From Promethearchaeota archaeon (lineage in GTDB: Archaea; Asgardarchaeota; Lokiarchaeia; Sigyniarchaeales; SOKP01), in assembly GCA_016839765.1 (NCBI GenBank), contig JAEOTP010000049.1:1-57176 (forward strand): a DNA stretch of 57,176 bases. Reading direction: 5' to 3'. Below are positions 18,720 to 29,900 of this stretch, in pieces. The notes beneath the pieces are model-generated. The model was not told the origin of the DNA, did not search any database, and saw only the letters and a list, made by a program, of their open reading frames with translations. Within the stretch, counting starts at the first letter, position 1, and every line of letters begins with the position of its first letter. The translations under genes were made by a program, and so were the position numbers.

Positions 18720-19073
18720 TTACCATTGGTATATCGCTACAGCAAAAATAGCAAAGATACTAAATAAGAGTTCTGCGATTACCCAGTCAAGGTATAACTT
18801 CTTTTTCTGATCTCTATTTTCTTTAATTTTTGAAGCTAATCCAAAACTAAAGGCTGAGTTAATACCGGTAAAAATTGTAATAGTGATGGTTGGAGCGTTA
18901 TATTCTAATTCAATTAAATCTAATATAGAATCCAATAAAAACCATCCTCCTAAAAATATGATTAAAGCAAACAAAAATATCCAACCTGAAAATTGAATGA
19001 TCTTTTCGAATATTATATCTTCCTTTATTGAACTATCTATAGGTTTTTTTGCTTTTTTCTCAACTTTTGACAT
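18720..19073 (-). CDS. Three-TM membrane protein, unknown function
   Basis: Three hydrophobic stretches in 117 aa. Confidence 0.7.
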   Translation of the reverse strand: MSKVEKKAKKPIDSSIKEDIIFEKIIQFSGWIFLFALIIFLGGWFLLDSILDLIELEYNAPTITITIFTGINSAFSFGLASKIKENRDQKKKLYLDWVIAELLFSIFAIFAVAIYQW

Positions 19074-19147
19074 CCTTTCTTACCTATTTCAATATAATTG
19101 ACTTTAATAATGGATGCTTCTTAATTTTTATTTTTTTCAATTAATAA

Positions 19148-19639
19148 TTATAATGGTCTATTTTTAAGGTGTAAAATTGCCTTTGCAATATCTCCTTCAC
19201 ATTCAATCAAGACAGCTTTAGCTTCTTCTTTATCTACATTTGCTTGCGCAGCAACAAGCATAATATCATTTTCCGTTATGGTTGGTTTAGCTTCAATTTC
19301 TTTTGAGGATTCAAGCAGTTCTGTTTCTTCTTTTTCTTCAACCAATAGTTCATCTGGAAAATATTCTCTTGCTTCTCCTAATACTTGGTAAATTTGTTGG
19401 CCCATTTGTTTCATAAGAATTACTTCCGGTTGATCTATTACGAGAGTTTTTTCAGTACCTTCAATAATTACTCTAGTAGCTTCAATCTGATCCATATCAA
19501 TACCCTGTTGCTGCATTCGACGGCGCATTTGTCGTGAACCTAATTGACTCCCTTCTCTTTTTTTAACTGCTTGTGGTCTTTTTGGTTTACTATTTTCTTT
19601 TTTTTGCATTTCTTTAGGTAATTTTACCATTTTAAACAC
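19148..19639 (-). CDS. nac: Nascent polypeptide-associated complex protein
   Basis: RQMRRRMQQQGIDM, ATRVII, QQIYQVLG, UBA-like DIMLVAAQANV...GDIAKAIL. Confidence 0.93.
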   Translation of the reverse strand: MFKMVKLPKEMQKKENSKPKRPQAVKKREGSQLGSRQMRRRMQQQGIDMDQIEATRVIIEGTEKTLVIDQPEVILMKQMGQQIYQVLGEAREYFPDELLVEEKEETELLESSKEIEAKPTITENDIMLVAAQANVDKEEAKAVLIECEGDIAKAILHLKNRPL

Positions 19640-19680
19640 AGATTTTACCTTTTATTTAATAATATATAATTAAAAGAACT

Positions 19681-20169
19681 TTAAATTTTTGATTTATCAA
19701 TTCCTCTTCTAACATTTACAGCAATTCCTCTCTTAAAACTTCTTAAATAGGGAACAGGAAACATTAATTTGCCTATTGCTAATAACTCATCCTTTTGATT
19801 CACAACAATAACTTCATCTAAGGCTCTTAAATTATCATCAATATCTATAATGTGCTTACAAAACACATTTCTACCCTTCTTAATAAATTCTGATATTTCA
19901 TTTTGAACAATAACACGTAATATTGGTTTAGGGACACTTCTGATAATTTTTTTAGCGGAAAATAAGCTTAAGGTAAAAAAACCATTAGTAGGTCTAAAAT
20001 TCAATAACAAATTCTCTTGATAATAAATATGTCTCATACGTCCAGTATTTTTGGAAAATTCAATATGTATATTATTATTATCAAATAAAACATCAGTTAT
20101 TAGAGGACCGAATTGGTAATCACAAATCGCTTTTACTTTTCTTAATGTTATTAGCAAATCTTGTTCCAT
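19681..20169 (-). CDS. PUA-domain RNA-binding protein (arcTGT C-terminal-like)
   Basis: DYQFG, SKNTGRMR, GRNVFCKH, DEVIVV, GIAVNVRRG. Confidence 0.9.
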   Translation of the reverse strand: MEQDLLITLRKVKAICDYQFGPLITDVLFDNNNIHIEFSKNTGRMRHIYYQENLLLNFRPTNGFFTLSLFSAKKIIRSVPKPILRVIVQNEISEFIKKGRNVFCKHIIDIDDNLRALDEVIVVNQKDELLAIGKLMFPVPYLRSFKRGIAVNVRRGIDKSKI

Positions 20170-20257
20170 GATAATCTAAAAGAAATCTTCGATTTAAAAA
20201 TAAGTTGATAAATTATTTATTAAGTCCTATAAGTTTGCATAGAATAAGATATTTGCT

Positions 20258-21466
20258 TTAGGAATAAAGTCTAGATTCAATTGCTTTTTCTTTAACTTTA
20301 TGCATTACCTTTTCAATTGCTTTAAAAAAATCATCCTGAATTATAATCTCTGCGTCTTTTCTGATTGCGAACATTCCTGCTTCAGTACAAATAGCTTTTA
20401 TATCTGCTCCAGTAGTACCCTCTGTTAATTCTACTAATTTTCTTATATTAATCTTTTCTTCAGCGTTTAAGGTTCTCTTATGGATTTGGAATATTGATTT
20501 CCTTGCTACCTCATCAGGTATAGGAAATTCAATCATTCGGTCAAATCTACCTGGTCTTAATAGAGCAGGATCCAAAATGTCAATTCTATTCGTTGCTCCG
20601 ATTATTTTAACATCTCCCCTTTGCTCAAAGCCATCCAACTCACTCAATAATTGCATTAAGGTTCTTTGAACCTCTCTATCACCTGATGTTGCTATTTTAA
20701 GTCTTTGAGATCCTATAGCATCCAGTTCATCAATGAACAATATTGTCGGGGATTTATTCTTTGCTAAATTGAATATTTCTCTTACTAGTCTAGCTCCTTC
20801 ACCAATAAATTTTTGAACCAATTCAGATCCAATAATTCTAATAAAAGTTGCTTCCGTTTCATGAGCAACTGCTTTTGCAACTAATGTTTTGCCGGTACCA
20901 GGAGGACCATATAATAATACACCTTTAGGAGGCTCTATTCCAACTTTCTTAAATAGATCAGGTTTAAGGAGTGGTAATTCCACAGTTTCTCTTACTTCTT
21001 GTAATTGTTGATCCAAACCGCCTACATCTTGATAAGAAATATCAGGAATAGAATCAACAACTTCCATACCTTTAACAAACGGATCTAATTTTGTAGGTAA
21101 CACTTCCATAATTGCGAAAGTCCTTTGATTTAAAGCTACTCTCATTCCTGGAGATAGTTTTTCATTTTTTACTTTTCTACTCATATTAACTACAAAACTA
21201 GGTCCTGTTGAACTCTTTACTATTGCTCTTCCTTTCTCATCTAATAAATCTATAATAGTAGCGGATACTAGAGGTGGTTCTCTTAAGCGATCAATTTCAT
21301 TTCTTAAACTATGTAATTCTTGTTCTAATCGTATCCTTTCAGCATCTAATAATTGCTTTTCAGTCTCTAAATTACGAAGTCTTTTTTCTAAATGCCTAGT
21401 ATAAGTTATTAAATATTCTCCATCTTTTGTTTCTTCTATTTTTCCTTTTTCCTTAATTTTGGTCAA
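20258..21466 (-). CDS. pan: Proteasome-activating nucleotidase
   Basis: Coiled coil plus [37 protein letters not shown]-terminal LYS (HbYX). Confidence 0.97.
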   Translation of the reverse strand: MTKIKEKGKIEETKDGEYLITYTRHLEKRLRNLETEKQLLDAERIRLEQELHSLRNEIDRLREPPLVSATIIDLLDEKGRAIVKSSTGPSFVVNMSRKVKNEKLSPGMRVALNQRTFAIMEVLPTKLDPFVKGMEVVDSIPDISYQDVGGLDQQLQEVRETVELPLLKPDLFKKVGIEPPKGVLLYGPPGTGKTLVAKAVAHETEATFIRIIGSELVQKFIGEGARLVREIFNLAKNKSPTILFIDELDAIGSQRLKIATSGDREVQRTLMQLLSELDGFEQRGDVKIIGATNRIDILDPALLRPGRFDRMIEFPIPDEVARKSIFQIHKRTLNAEEKINIRKLVELTEGTTGADIKAICTEAGMFAIRKDAEIIIQDDFFKAIEKVMHKVKEKAIESRLYS

Positions 21467-21702
21467 AAAGCAAAATACCCCTTTATTAGTGTTTTAATTT
21501 TATAGATTATTGCTTAATTTTATAATAACTATTTTTTCATTTAAATTTAAGGTAATACATCATAAAAATGTCGATTTCTAAAAAATTTATAGGTTATATT
21601 TTATAATAAATTACACTTTAAAACCAAAAATTATAAGAGTTCTGAAACCAATTTTATTCATATAAAAATCTCCTCAATTAAATAAACAGCTAAATTGATA
21701 AT

Positions 21703-22230
21703 ATGGCAAAAAAAGGATTTAACAATCTCGATAAAGAATGCCCTATTTGTGGAAGTATAATATGGGGGAAGGGAGTGAGAGTTTTAATAGAAGAAGCTAA
21801 AATTACTGTGTGCCAAGCGTGTGCAAAACATGGAAAAAAAATTTATATCCCTCAAATAAGTAAACCTAAACAAACAAAATCTTTACAAAGAAAAAGTACT
21901 TTTAAAAAGTTAGAGCTTGACGATGGTTTAGAAATCGTAAGTGATTACCACCATAAAATAAGGAAAGTAAGGCAATCTTTAAGCTTGAATCAAGATCAAT
22001 TTGCACAAAAACTTAATGAAAAACCTTCTTTAATAAGGAGAATTGAAGCTGGTAAAGTTGAACCCACTATTAAATTAGCAAAGAAAATTGAAAGGGTATA
22101 TCATATTAAACTATTAAAAAAAAGAGATGAATCAGAAGCAAGTGTGTCTACTGATAAATTTTTAAAAAGATCAACAGGCAGATCCTTGGGTGATATAGCT
22201 TTTATTAAGAAAAAAGATAAAAAATCATAA
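21703..22230 (+). CDS. mbf1: Archaeal multiprotein bridging factor 1 (Zn ribbon plus HTH)
   Basis: CPIC..CQAC, LNQDQFAQKLNEKPSLIRRIEAG, SLGD. Confidence 0.93.
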   Translation: MAKKGFNNLDKECPICGSIIWGKGVRVLIEEAKITVCQACAKHGKKIYIPQISKPKQTKSLQRKSTFKKLELDDGLEIVSDYHHKIRKVRQSLSLNQDQFAQKLNEKPSLIRRIEAGKVEPTIKLAKKIERVYHIKLLKKRDESEASVSTDKFLKRSTGRSLGDIAFIKKKDKKS

Positions 22231-22253
22231 TTTTTTCTGTTTAATTCTTTAAC

Positions 22254-24296
22254 TTATACCTTTTTCGATATTATAATCTTTGCAGAATTATATGCTCCCG
22301 AAAATCCCAATTCTTCTGGTCTATTAGGAGTAAAGATATTAACATTTGCATTTTTTTTCAAACCTAATGGTGAACCAGAATATATTAAGGCTACACCTGA
22401 ATTTAAAGCATTATTTTCTTCTAAAAAGTAAGTAGCAGATCCAAGATCATTAGAGACTAAAACTTTTTCACCTATTTTAAATCCTAGTTTTTCTATATCC
22501 AAAGAGCATAAAAATATTTTTTGAAAAACTTCCAAGTATTCTGAATGTAGTTGACCAAATTGAGAATGGATATAGTATTTATGAGATGGTGTTATTAGTA
22601 AAAACTCATTTTTTTTACATTTTAAACGATCTTCTAATTGCTCTTTGCCAAAATCAAACTTGATATTATGGATTTGTATTCGCCCATTAGGAGTAGGAAA
22701 ATGGAGTGTCTTAAAAGGAACAGAATTTTTATCGAATAGTAAATAATAACCTTTATCCTCAACACTTTTTTGTATTTCGAGAGGTAATAATGTTAAACAT
22801 TTTTTATAGATAGAAATTTCATCCTCATTAAAAATCGAGTCATTTTCAAATCCAACTTTAAATGCAAGGCGCCGGAAAAACTCATAATTAGAGACACAAT
22901 CCTGATAGGGACACGGGCCTCCCTGATTAATGGATATTCCAGGAATATAATAAGGAGTAATTAAATCATCTGTCTCGAGATCGAGTTTTGAAGGAATAAC
23001 TATATTAGCGTATTTTGTAGTCTCATTTAAGAAACATTCTAGTACAACAACGAATAGATCCTTTCTCATTAATGCATCTATAATCTGTTTTTGATGAGGA
23101 AGTGAGCTTGCGGGATTAAAATTGTATATGAAAACCATTTTATATCTATCAGAAGATAAAGTCGTACCTAATTTAATCAAATCAGTTTCAACCATATTTG
23201 AATCTGGAGTGTTTTGTGTAATATAATCCAATAGAGGAACTGTCAATTGATTATTGAAATCGCTTTGTGAGTAAATCAAACCCGTGCCAGGAGTCCCAAA
23301 ATTTCCAAGAATAATTTGAATTAAAGCTATTGACTGGACTATTCTACCACCATAAAAATCTTTTTGAACTCCATAACCTACATTAAAAATAGTTTGATGC
23401 TTAAACTCTATTAATAAATTTATAATCCTTTCAAAGCTCTCATGCTTTATTTCTAATAATTCTCTAATTTTTTTTTCATTTAATTTTAAAGCTTGCGTTA
23501 AAATTTGTTCATATCCATCAACGTGATTTGATAAAAACATCTTATCTATACCATTTGCTTGTATTAAACTCTTAACAATTAGATTAGCCAACATATAATC
23601 TGTACCAGGTCTGGTATAAATAAAATGATCAGCTCTCTGTCCAATCTCAGTTTTACGAGAATCAACTACAATTAACTTTACTCCTCTTTTTTGAGCTTGT
23701 TTTATTAAATGATATGCATGAACATTTCTATTGGAAAGGTCACTTCCCCATACAAGAATTAATTTTGTAGCCGAATTATTTAATTGAAAAGGATTAGTCG
23801 TAGAATAGGTGCCAAAAAGGTGAGTAAGTCCTACGCATCCCCCTTCATTACAAATACCACCAGTGGTGACTGAACTTCCTAATTTCCCAGAAAATCTTAA
23901 TGGCGAAAATCTAGAAACCAAACCAAAATTCCCAGAATTAAAAGCTAAAAGAATAGATTTTGGTCCAAATCTGTGTTTAATATGCAATACCTTTTCTGCG
24001 ATAATCTCTAGTGCGTTCTCGAGATTGATGATTTTGAATCGATTATTACCTTTACTACTATCACGAAGTAACGGTTTTTTGATTCTCTGAGGATGATAAA
24101 TCATCCTTTCTCTTTGATTATATTTAGTACAGAAAAAACCTTTTGTAAATGGATGCTGTTTTAAAGCTTTCGCAGATTTAAATTTAAATTCCGAAGCGTT
24201 ATCATCCCATTGCCCTAAAAACACACACGAGCCATAACAGTCTTTTGAACATGTGCCAAATCTTACTTTTTTCGATCTTTCTCCGTTTAATATCAT
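22254..24296 (-). CDS. Molybdopterin (bis-MGD) oxidoreductase catalytic subunit
   Basis: CSKDCYGSC...FCTK Fe-S motif, GICNEGG, PGTD, HSQF, C-terminal MopB_CT. Confidence 0.9.
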   Translation of the reverse strand: MILNGERSKKVRFGTCSKDCYGSCVFLGQWDDNASEFKFKSAKALKQHPFTKGFFCTKYNQRERMIYHPQRIKKPLLRDSSKGNNRFKIINLENALEIIAEKVLHIKHRFGPKSILLAFNSGNFGLVSRFSPLRFSGKLGSSVTTGGICNEGGCVGLTHLFGTYSTTNPFQLNNSATKLILVWGSDLSNRNVHAYHLIKQAQKRGVKLIVVDSRKTEIGQRADHFIYTRPGTDYMLANLIVKSLIQANGIDKMFLSNHVDGYEQILTQALKLNEKKIRELLEIKHESFERIINLLIEFKHQTIFNVGYGVQKDFYGGRIVQSIALIQIILGNFGTPGTGLIYSQSDFNNQLTVPLLDYITQNTPDSNMVETDLIKLGTTLSSDRYKMVFIYNFNPASSLPHQKQIIDALMRKDLFVVVLECFLNETTKYANIVIPSKLDLETDDLITPYYIPGISINQGGPCPYQDCVSNYEFFRRLAFKVGFENDSIFNEDEISIYKKCLTLLPLEIQKSVEDKGYYLLFDKNSVPFKTLHFPTPNGRIQIHNIKFDFGKEQLEDRLKCKKNEFLLITPSHKYYIHSQFGQLHSEYLEVFQKIFLCSLDIEKLGFKIGEKVLVSNDLGSATYFLEENNALNSGVALIYSGSPLGLKKNANVNIFTPNRPEELGFSGAYNSAKIIISKKV

Positions 24297-24376
24297 AAGA
24301 ACATCCGAATTAATTTAAGTTTCAATTTGTATGGGATATTTTTAAAAAAATAAATATAAAGCTACGAATTATTACT

Positions 24377-25009
24377 CTAATCCTTTTTTTCAGTAATTTT
24401 AAAATGACCTTTTTCAATACGAACGATTTTTTCTCTCAAAAATTGAATTAATGTTTCATTTTCTTGAGCTTCTAAAGGTTCACCGCAATCTGGACAACGA
24501 AAATTAAGCTCAAAAGCGTCCTCAAAATTAAATTTTGTACGAGGCACTTCACAATTCTTACAAATAAAAAAGTAATTATTTTCTTCAAACTGCAATCTAT
24601 CTCTTAACTTTATCTCCAACAACTTCTTTTTTTCCATTAAAATTTCATCAAGCAAGTCAAATTCGTGCCACCAATAATAGATAAACCAACCAGTTGATTT
24701 ATCCCTAATTCTTCTGAATTGCGCTAATTTTTCACTGTATAATTTATAGAGAGTTTTCCGTACAGTATTTAACTTTAAAATTTCAGTATCATCTGGTTCA
24801 AAATCTACGCCTTTCCCCTCTTTTTCAATCCTTTCTTTGATATTTTCTGTAATATCTTCATCTGTAATATCTTGATTTTCTGAATTTAATAATTCAATTC
24901 CGACTTCAATTGCTATATCGCCCCCGATGATATATAAAAAGGATCTTAATAGTAAATTTAGTTCTTTCAAAGCCTTTCCTTCTAATAGATTTTTCTTTTT
25001 TTGATACAA
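24377..25009 (-). CDS. tfe: Transcription factor E (TFIIE-alpha homologue)
   Basis: TDEDI...KLNTVRKTLYKL, RIRDKSTGWFIYYW, CKNC..FEDAFELNFRCPDCG. Confidence 0.94.
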   Translation of the reverse strand: MYQKKKNLLEGKALKELNLLLRSFLYIIGGDIAIEVGIELLNSENQDITDEDITENIKERIEKEGKGVDFEPDDTEILKLNTVRKTLYKLYSEKLAQFRRIRDKSTGWFIYYWWHEFDLLDEILMEKKKLLEIKLRDRLQFEENNYFFICKNCEVPRTKFNFEDAFELNFRCPDCGEPLEAQENETLIQFLREKIVRIEKGHFKITEKKD

Positions 25010-25064
25010 ATAAATCTAATATAAAAATTAAATTTTTTTAAAATAATATTGAATAAAATCAATC

Positions 25065-25853
25065 TTAAACAACAATATCATACTGCTTTTCAATTATTTC
25101 ACCGTCTATATCCACAGAACGTAAAAGTTTTCCACTTCTTATAGCCATAATCCTTATTAATCTCGAATCTTTTATATCTTTTGGAAGTTCTATGTCTTTA
25201 ATTTTGTAGTTGTTTGAAATTATAATTGCCTTCCATTTTTCAGGAAGCTCAGACTTAAAGTCTGGGAGAGTTTGTTCTATAACCGTATTTAAATTTTGAT
25301 TGGTATTATTTATATAACCTGTACTAAATTGAATTCTTTTATTAACATCATCCTCTCCTACTTTTTTCTTTGAGGGTTGGGGAATGTTTTTTTTGGTTGT
25401 AACTTTACAATTAGGATTTATATTAAACGATATTAAAAAATAACTATTCTTTCTAAGAGCTTCAATGGTTTCTAATAAAGATTCTTGTTTGATTTTATCA
25501 TTAACCTCAGTTGTATAATTTTTTGTTTGCCCAGTCGACCTCTTTAAATCCCAATTTAATCCCAAATTAGATAATAATTCACTAATATCGTTTGCTGTAA
25601 CTAGTTTACCTTTTATTTCAATGTCTTGATTTAACTTAGATATTGATCTAGTAACCAGTTCTAAAATCAAATCCTCATATTCATGAGATCCTTTTAGTGT
25701 AATTTTTGCGCTAGTTTTTGAAATCTTTAATGCTGGACCTATAAAGAAACCTCTCGAATACCTATAAAAATGACGGTGGACGTTCATGTAATTCTTGGCA
25801 GGTTCGGATAAAATAGGTGATTCAATTAATTGTTTTATAAAATGCATTTTCAA
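25065..25853 (-). CDS. Conserved hypothetical protein
   Basis: 262-aa ORF co-oriented immediately upstream of tfe. Confidence 0.75.
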   Translation of the reverse strand: MKMHFIKQLIESPILSEPAKNYMNVHRHFYRYSRGFFIGPALKISKTSAKITLKGSHEYEDLILELVTRSISKLNQDIEIKGKLVTANDISELLSNLGLNWDLKRSTGQTKNYTTEVNDKIKQESLLETIEALRKNSYFLISFNINPNCKVTTKKNIPQPSKKKVGEDDVNKRIQFSTGYINNTNQNLNTVIEQTLPDFKSELPEKWKAIIISNNYKIKDIELPKDIKDSRLIRIMAIRSGKLLRSVDIDGEIIEKQYDIVV

Positions 25854-26008
25854 ATCTTGTTATGGTATTGATTATCTAATATTAATCTTATATTAAATTT
25901 TAAGGTTAATATTCAAAATCTTATTTAATTAGAGAACATTAAATCGAAATCTTGAAAAAATTAAAAAAAAAAGAAAAATTTGATATAGTAAATTTATAAA
26001 TATTTTTA

Positions 26009-26245
26009 ATGATACTAATGCTTTATACATTTTTTATACTCAATCAGTTTGAAGTGCTTTCATTACCATTATGGATTTTAGCATGGACTTTTCTTATAAT
26101 TGGATTAATTGCTTTAACAATCTTAATAGTATATACGAAATATGGCAGGGAAATATCAATTAAGCTTTCAATAATCGCAGTTATTATCGCAGCTGCATTT
26201 TTAGGTTTTGCTACTCATTTCTTTCTCCTCAATTTTGGAATTTAA
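26009..26245 (+). CDS. Small two-TM membrane protein
   Basis: Two hydrophobic helices flanking KYGREIS. Confidence 0.7.
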   Translation: MILMLYTFFILNQFEVLSLPLWILAWTFLIIGLIALTILIVYTKYGREISIKLSIIAVIIAAAFLGFATHFFLLNFGI

Positions 26246-26409
26246 ATATCAGTAAATAGTATCTTTCCTTATTTTTTTGAAAAATTCGCTAATCTATCGA
26301 AAAATTATTTTTAAAAAAATCTCTAAAATATTTTGTTAATATTTAAAAAAGAAGAAAGCTATTCTTCTCTTAATCTAAATATAACTTAAATCAATTGTGA
26401 GCAAATAAA

Positions 26410-26847
26410 ATGTTATTTCAAGAATTTGATACATTAATTTTTATAGTAGGGTTGATTTTAGCAACAATAGTCGTCGCTTTGATAATGTATATCGCAGTAC
26501 TTGTCGTTGTTTCTAAAACTAAAGCCTCTGATAAGAAATTTTTGATTCTGCTTTTAGCTTTTATAGGTGTTTTAGTTATACCGATAATAGTCAATGCAAT
26601 AATGTATGTTTTAAATATTATTGGAGATGGCATTGCAGCAATTAGAAATGCAATTGATGGTGGAGGTCGAAACTTTCTAGTAAATTTCGGTCCAATTATT
26701 TTCTTTTTGCTACTTTTAGTTTTAACAAAATTTTTACTTGATGTAACTTGGGACCATGCATTATGGATTTCATTGTTAACACTATTTATCCTGTATATTA
26801 TATACTCTATAGTGCCAGAATTATACGAACTTGTTCCATTCGGGTAA
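26410..26847 (+). CDS. Four-TM membrane protein
   Basis: Four hydrophobic segments in 145 aa. Confidence 0.75.
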   Translation: MLFQEFDTLIFIVGLILATIVVALIMYIAVLVVVSKTKASDKKFLILLLAFIGVLVIPIIVNAIMYVLNIIGDGIAAIRNAIDGGGRNFLVNFGPIIFFLLLLVLTKFLLDVTWDHALWISLLTLFILYIIYSIVPELYELVPFG

Positions 26848-26947
26848 ATAGCTTTTTGAATAAAAAAGATAAGCCATTAAAAAATTAATAATAATTTTTT
26901 TTAATTTTGAAAAAATAATAATCTAAGATTAATAAAATAAAAAGAAA

Positions 26948-29900
26948 TTAGATCTTTTCCTTTAATTTAAGTCTGGGAGCTAAGCCTAAACTCATCATTT
27001 CTTGGAGAAGTAATTTAAAAGCATATGAGCAAACAACTTTTGAAATAATAGTGCCTTCACCACATACTGGACAATAACGCTTATCCCTATTTCTATCATA
27101 AACTGCTAATAAGCCACACTTTTCACAGACTAAAATAACTGTTTTATCAGATTCATCTAACAATCTTTCTTTCAATAATAAGGCTGATCCATGACCGACT
27201 AAACAATCACGTTCCATTTCTCCAAAACGAAGTCCTCCCTCACGTGCACGTCCTTCTGTTGGTTGTCTTGTCAGAATCTGTACTGGACCTCTTGCTCTCG
27301 CATGTAATTTATCTGCAACTAGATGATATAATTTTTGGTAATATATAGGGGCACAATAAATACCTGCCTCATACTTTTCACCTGTGATTCCGTTATACAT
27401 AACTTCTCTTCCGTTGAATTCAAATCCTGCTTCTACTAACTGTTCTTGGAGCTTGGTGATTTCTTTCCATTCAAAAGCGGTTGCATCGCCGAGTTTACCA
27501 GTAGTACAAGCTATTTTTCCACTAATTCCCTCAAATAATTGTCCTAAAGTCATTCTGGATGGCATAGCATGAGGATTTACAATTATATCCGGTATTACCC
27601 CCGATGAGGTAAATGGCATATCCTCTTGAGGCTGAACTAATCCCAGAACTCCTTTTTGACCATGACGAGAAGAGAATTTATCTCCTAACTCTGGAATTCG
27701 TAAATCTCTTACTTTTATCTTAACCAATTTATTACCATCTACAGTTTCTGAAATTATGACAGTATCTACAATACCTTTTTCATTGTGTCTCATATTTTTG
27801 GATGTTTCTCGTCTATTAGGTTGCATTAATTCAAATTCTTCATATGACTTTATAAATCTTGGCGGAGATGTCCTCCCGATTAAAACATCTCCTCCATTAA
27901 CGGCAGTTTCAGGTTCTATAATACCATCATCTTCAGATAACAATCTATAAGACTCAGCAGATTTAAATCCTCTTACTCCTCTTTCTGGGATTTCAAATTT
28001 ATCAATCTCTCCTCCAGGATATTTTCTTTCTTCTGCATCATAAGTTCTAAAAAAGTGACTTCTGGCAAGACCACGATTTATTGAAGCTTTATTAATAATT
28101 ATTGCATCCTCAATATTGAAACCTTCATAACTCATCATTGCAATAATGAAATTTTGTCCCGCTGGTCGTTTGTTGATTCCAATAATTTCCATTGGACTTG
28201 TTTTTACTAGAGGTTGTTGTGGATAATGTAGAGTATGACCTCTCGTATCAAGTCTTAAATGCATATTTGCTGCAAACAACCCTAATGCTTGTTTTACCAT
28301 TCCAGCCTCATAAGTGTTTCTAGGAGATTGATTGTGTTCAGGAAATGGAATTATTGAAGCACAAATTCCTAAAATAGCTGCTGGCGAAATCTCCATATGA
28401 GTATGTTCAGCATTTAAATCATTTTCAAACATTGCTATATAAGCATTTTCCTCTTCTTCAGCATCTAAATATTCTATTACTCCTTTCTGGATTAAATCTG
28501 ACCATGAATATTTATTTTGCTTTAATTTCTCAATATCTTCTTTTAAAATAAGCAATTGTTTATTTTTAATTACAAATAATGGTCTAGTTGCTCTTCCAGC
28601 ATCACAGTTTATTTGTATTTCTCTTGAATCATGATAATATCCAATATTTACATGTTGACCTATTTCTCCCTTTCTCCTTTTTTCTCTAAGCTGATGGATG
28701 AAAGGATTATGTTTTTGGTGAATGCCAACCAATTTTCCATTCAGAAAAACTTTCGTCTTCACACCCTTAACATTTTTAACTTCATTTATAGGAATTACTC
28801 CCAAATCAATTAGAATATTTTCAATTATTCGTTCATCAGCTCCAACTGAAATAATTGATGCTAATCCAAGATTTTTTACCAAACCACAGTTTGGTCCCTC
28901 TGGAGTTTCTGCAGGACAAATTTTCCCCCATTGCGTAGGATGTAAATCTCTGGCTTCAAAATGAGGTTGACTTCTACTTAATGGAGATATTACCCTTCTT
29001 AAATGACTTAATGTACCAACATGATTTGTTCTATTTAATAATTGACTAACTCCTGCCTTACCACCAACCCAATTCCCTGTTGCTAAAGCATGTCTTATTC
29101 TTTCTGTGATAACATCAGCTCTTACAGCTGTTTTTATATTGGGTGCCCTTCCTCTAACGGCAGTTCTTTCTAATTGATATTTAATGTCTTTTACTAGATT
29201 TAAAAATGCAACTCTAAATAAGGAAGTAAATAACTCTCCAGCCAATTTTAATCTTTTGTTAGCATAATGATCCTTATCATCTGGTTCTCTCAATCCTAAA
29301 GCAAGCTCCATAACCTTTTGTGCCATTTGCCCCAAATAATAAGCTTTCTTTATCCTATCCTCTTCTGAATTACCAATATGAGGTAAAAGATATCTGTCTA
29401 ATACTTGAAGTGCTCGACGAATACGATAATCTTTTGTTTGACCTATTGCAACTCTTTTTCCAATATAATCAAGAGCATTTTGTTGTGATTTTTCGGCATC
29501 CTTTAGTACTTGTATTTCAGAGGCTACATCTATAACAGGGATTAATTCTTTTTGAATCTCTTCATTTTCAGAAATAGCTTCAAATATTTCTCTATCTGAA
29601 TGCAATCCTAATGAACGCATGAGAATTGCTAAAGGAATTTTACCTGGAACAGAAGGAAATGACACTCTTAAATTACCGTCTTTTTTCCTTTCAATTGTTA
29701 CTGGAGCTCGGAAGCCACTTCTAGTTGAAAATACCTTTGCTTGATGAGTTGCACTTGAACTCCTACTGGCTTCCTCTGCAAGGATTCTGTTTGGAGCTAG
29801 GTCTTCCTGTGTAACGAGAACTCGCTCAGTTCCATTTATTATGAAGTAGCCTCCTGGATCTAAAGGATCCTCACCCCGATTTATTAATTCTTGCTCGGAT

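Noticed and set aside
22254-24296. Selenocysteine in the molybdoenzyme
   Set aside because: The ORF is continuous with Cys at the presumed ligand position (GICN); no in-frame TGA
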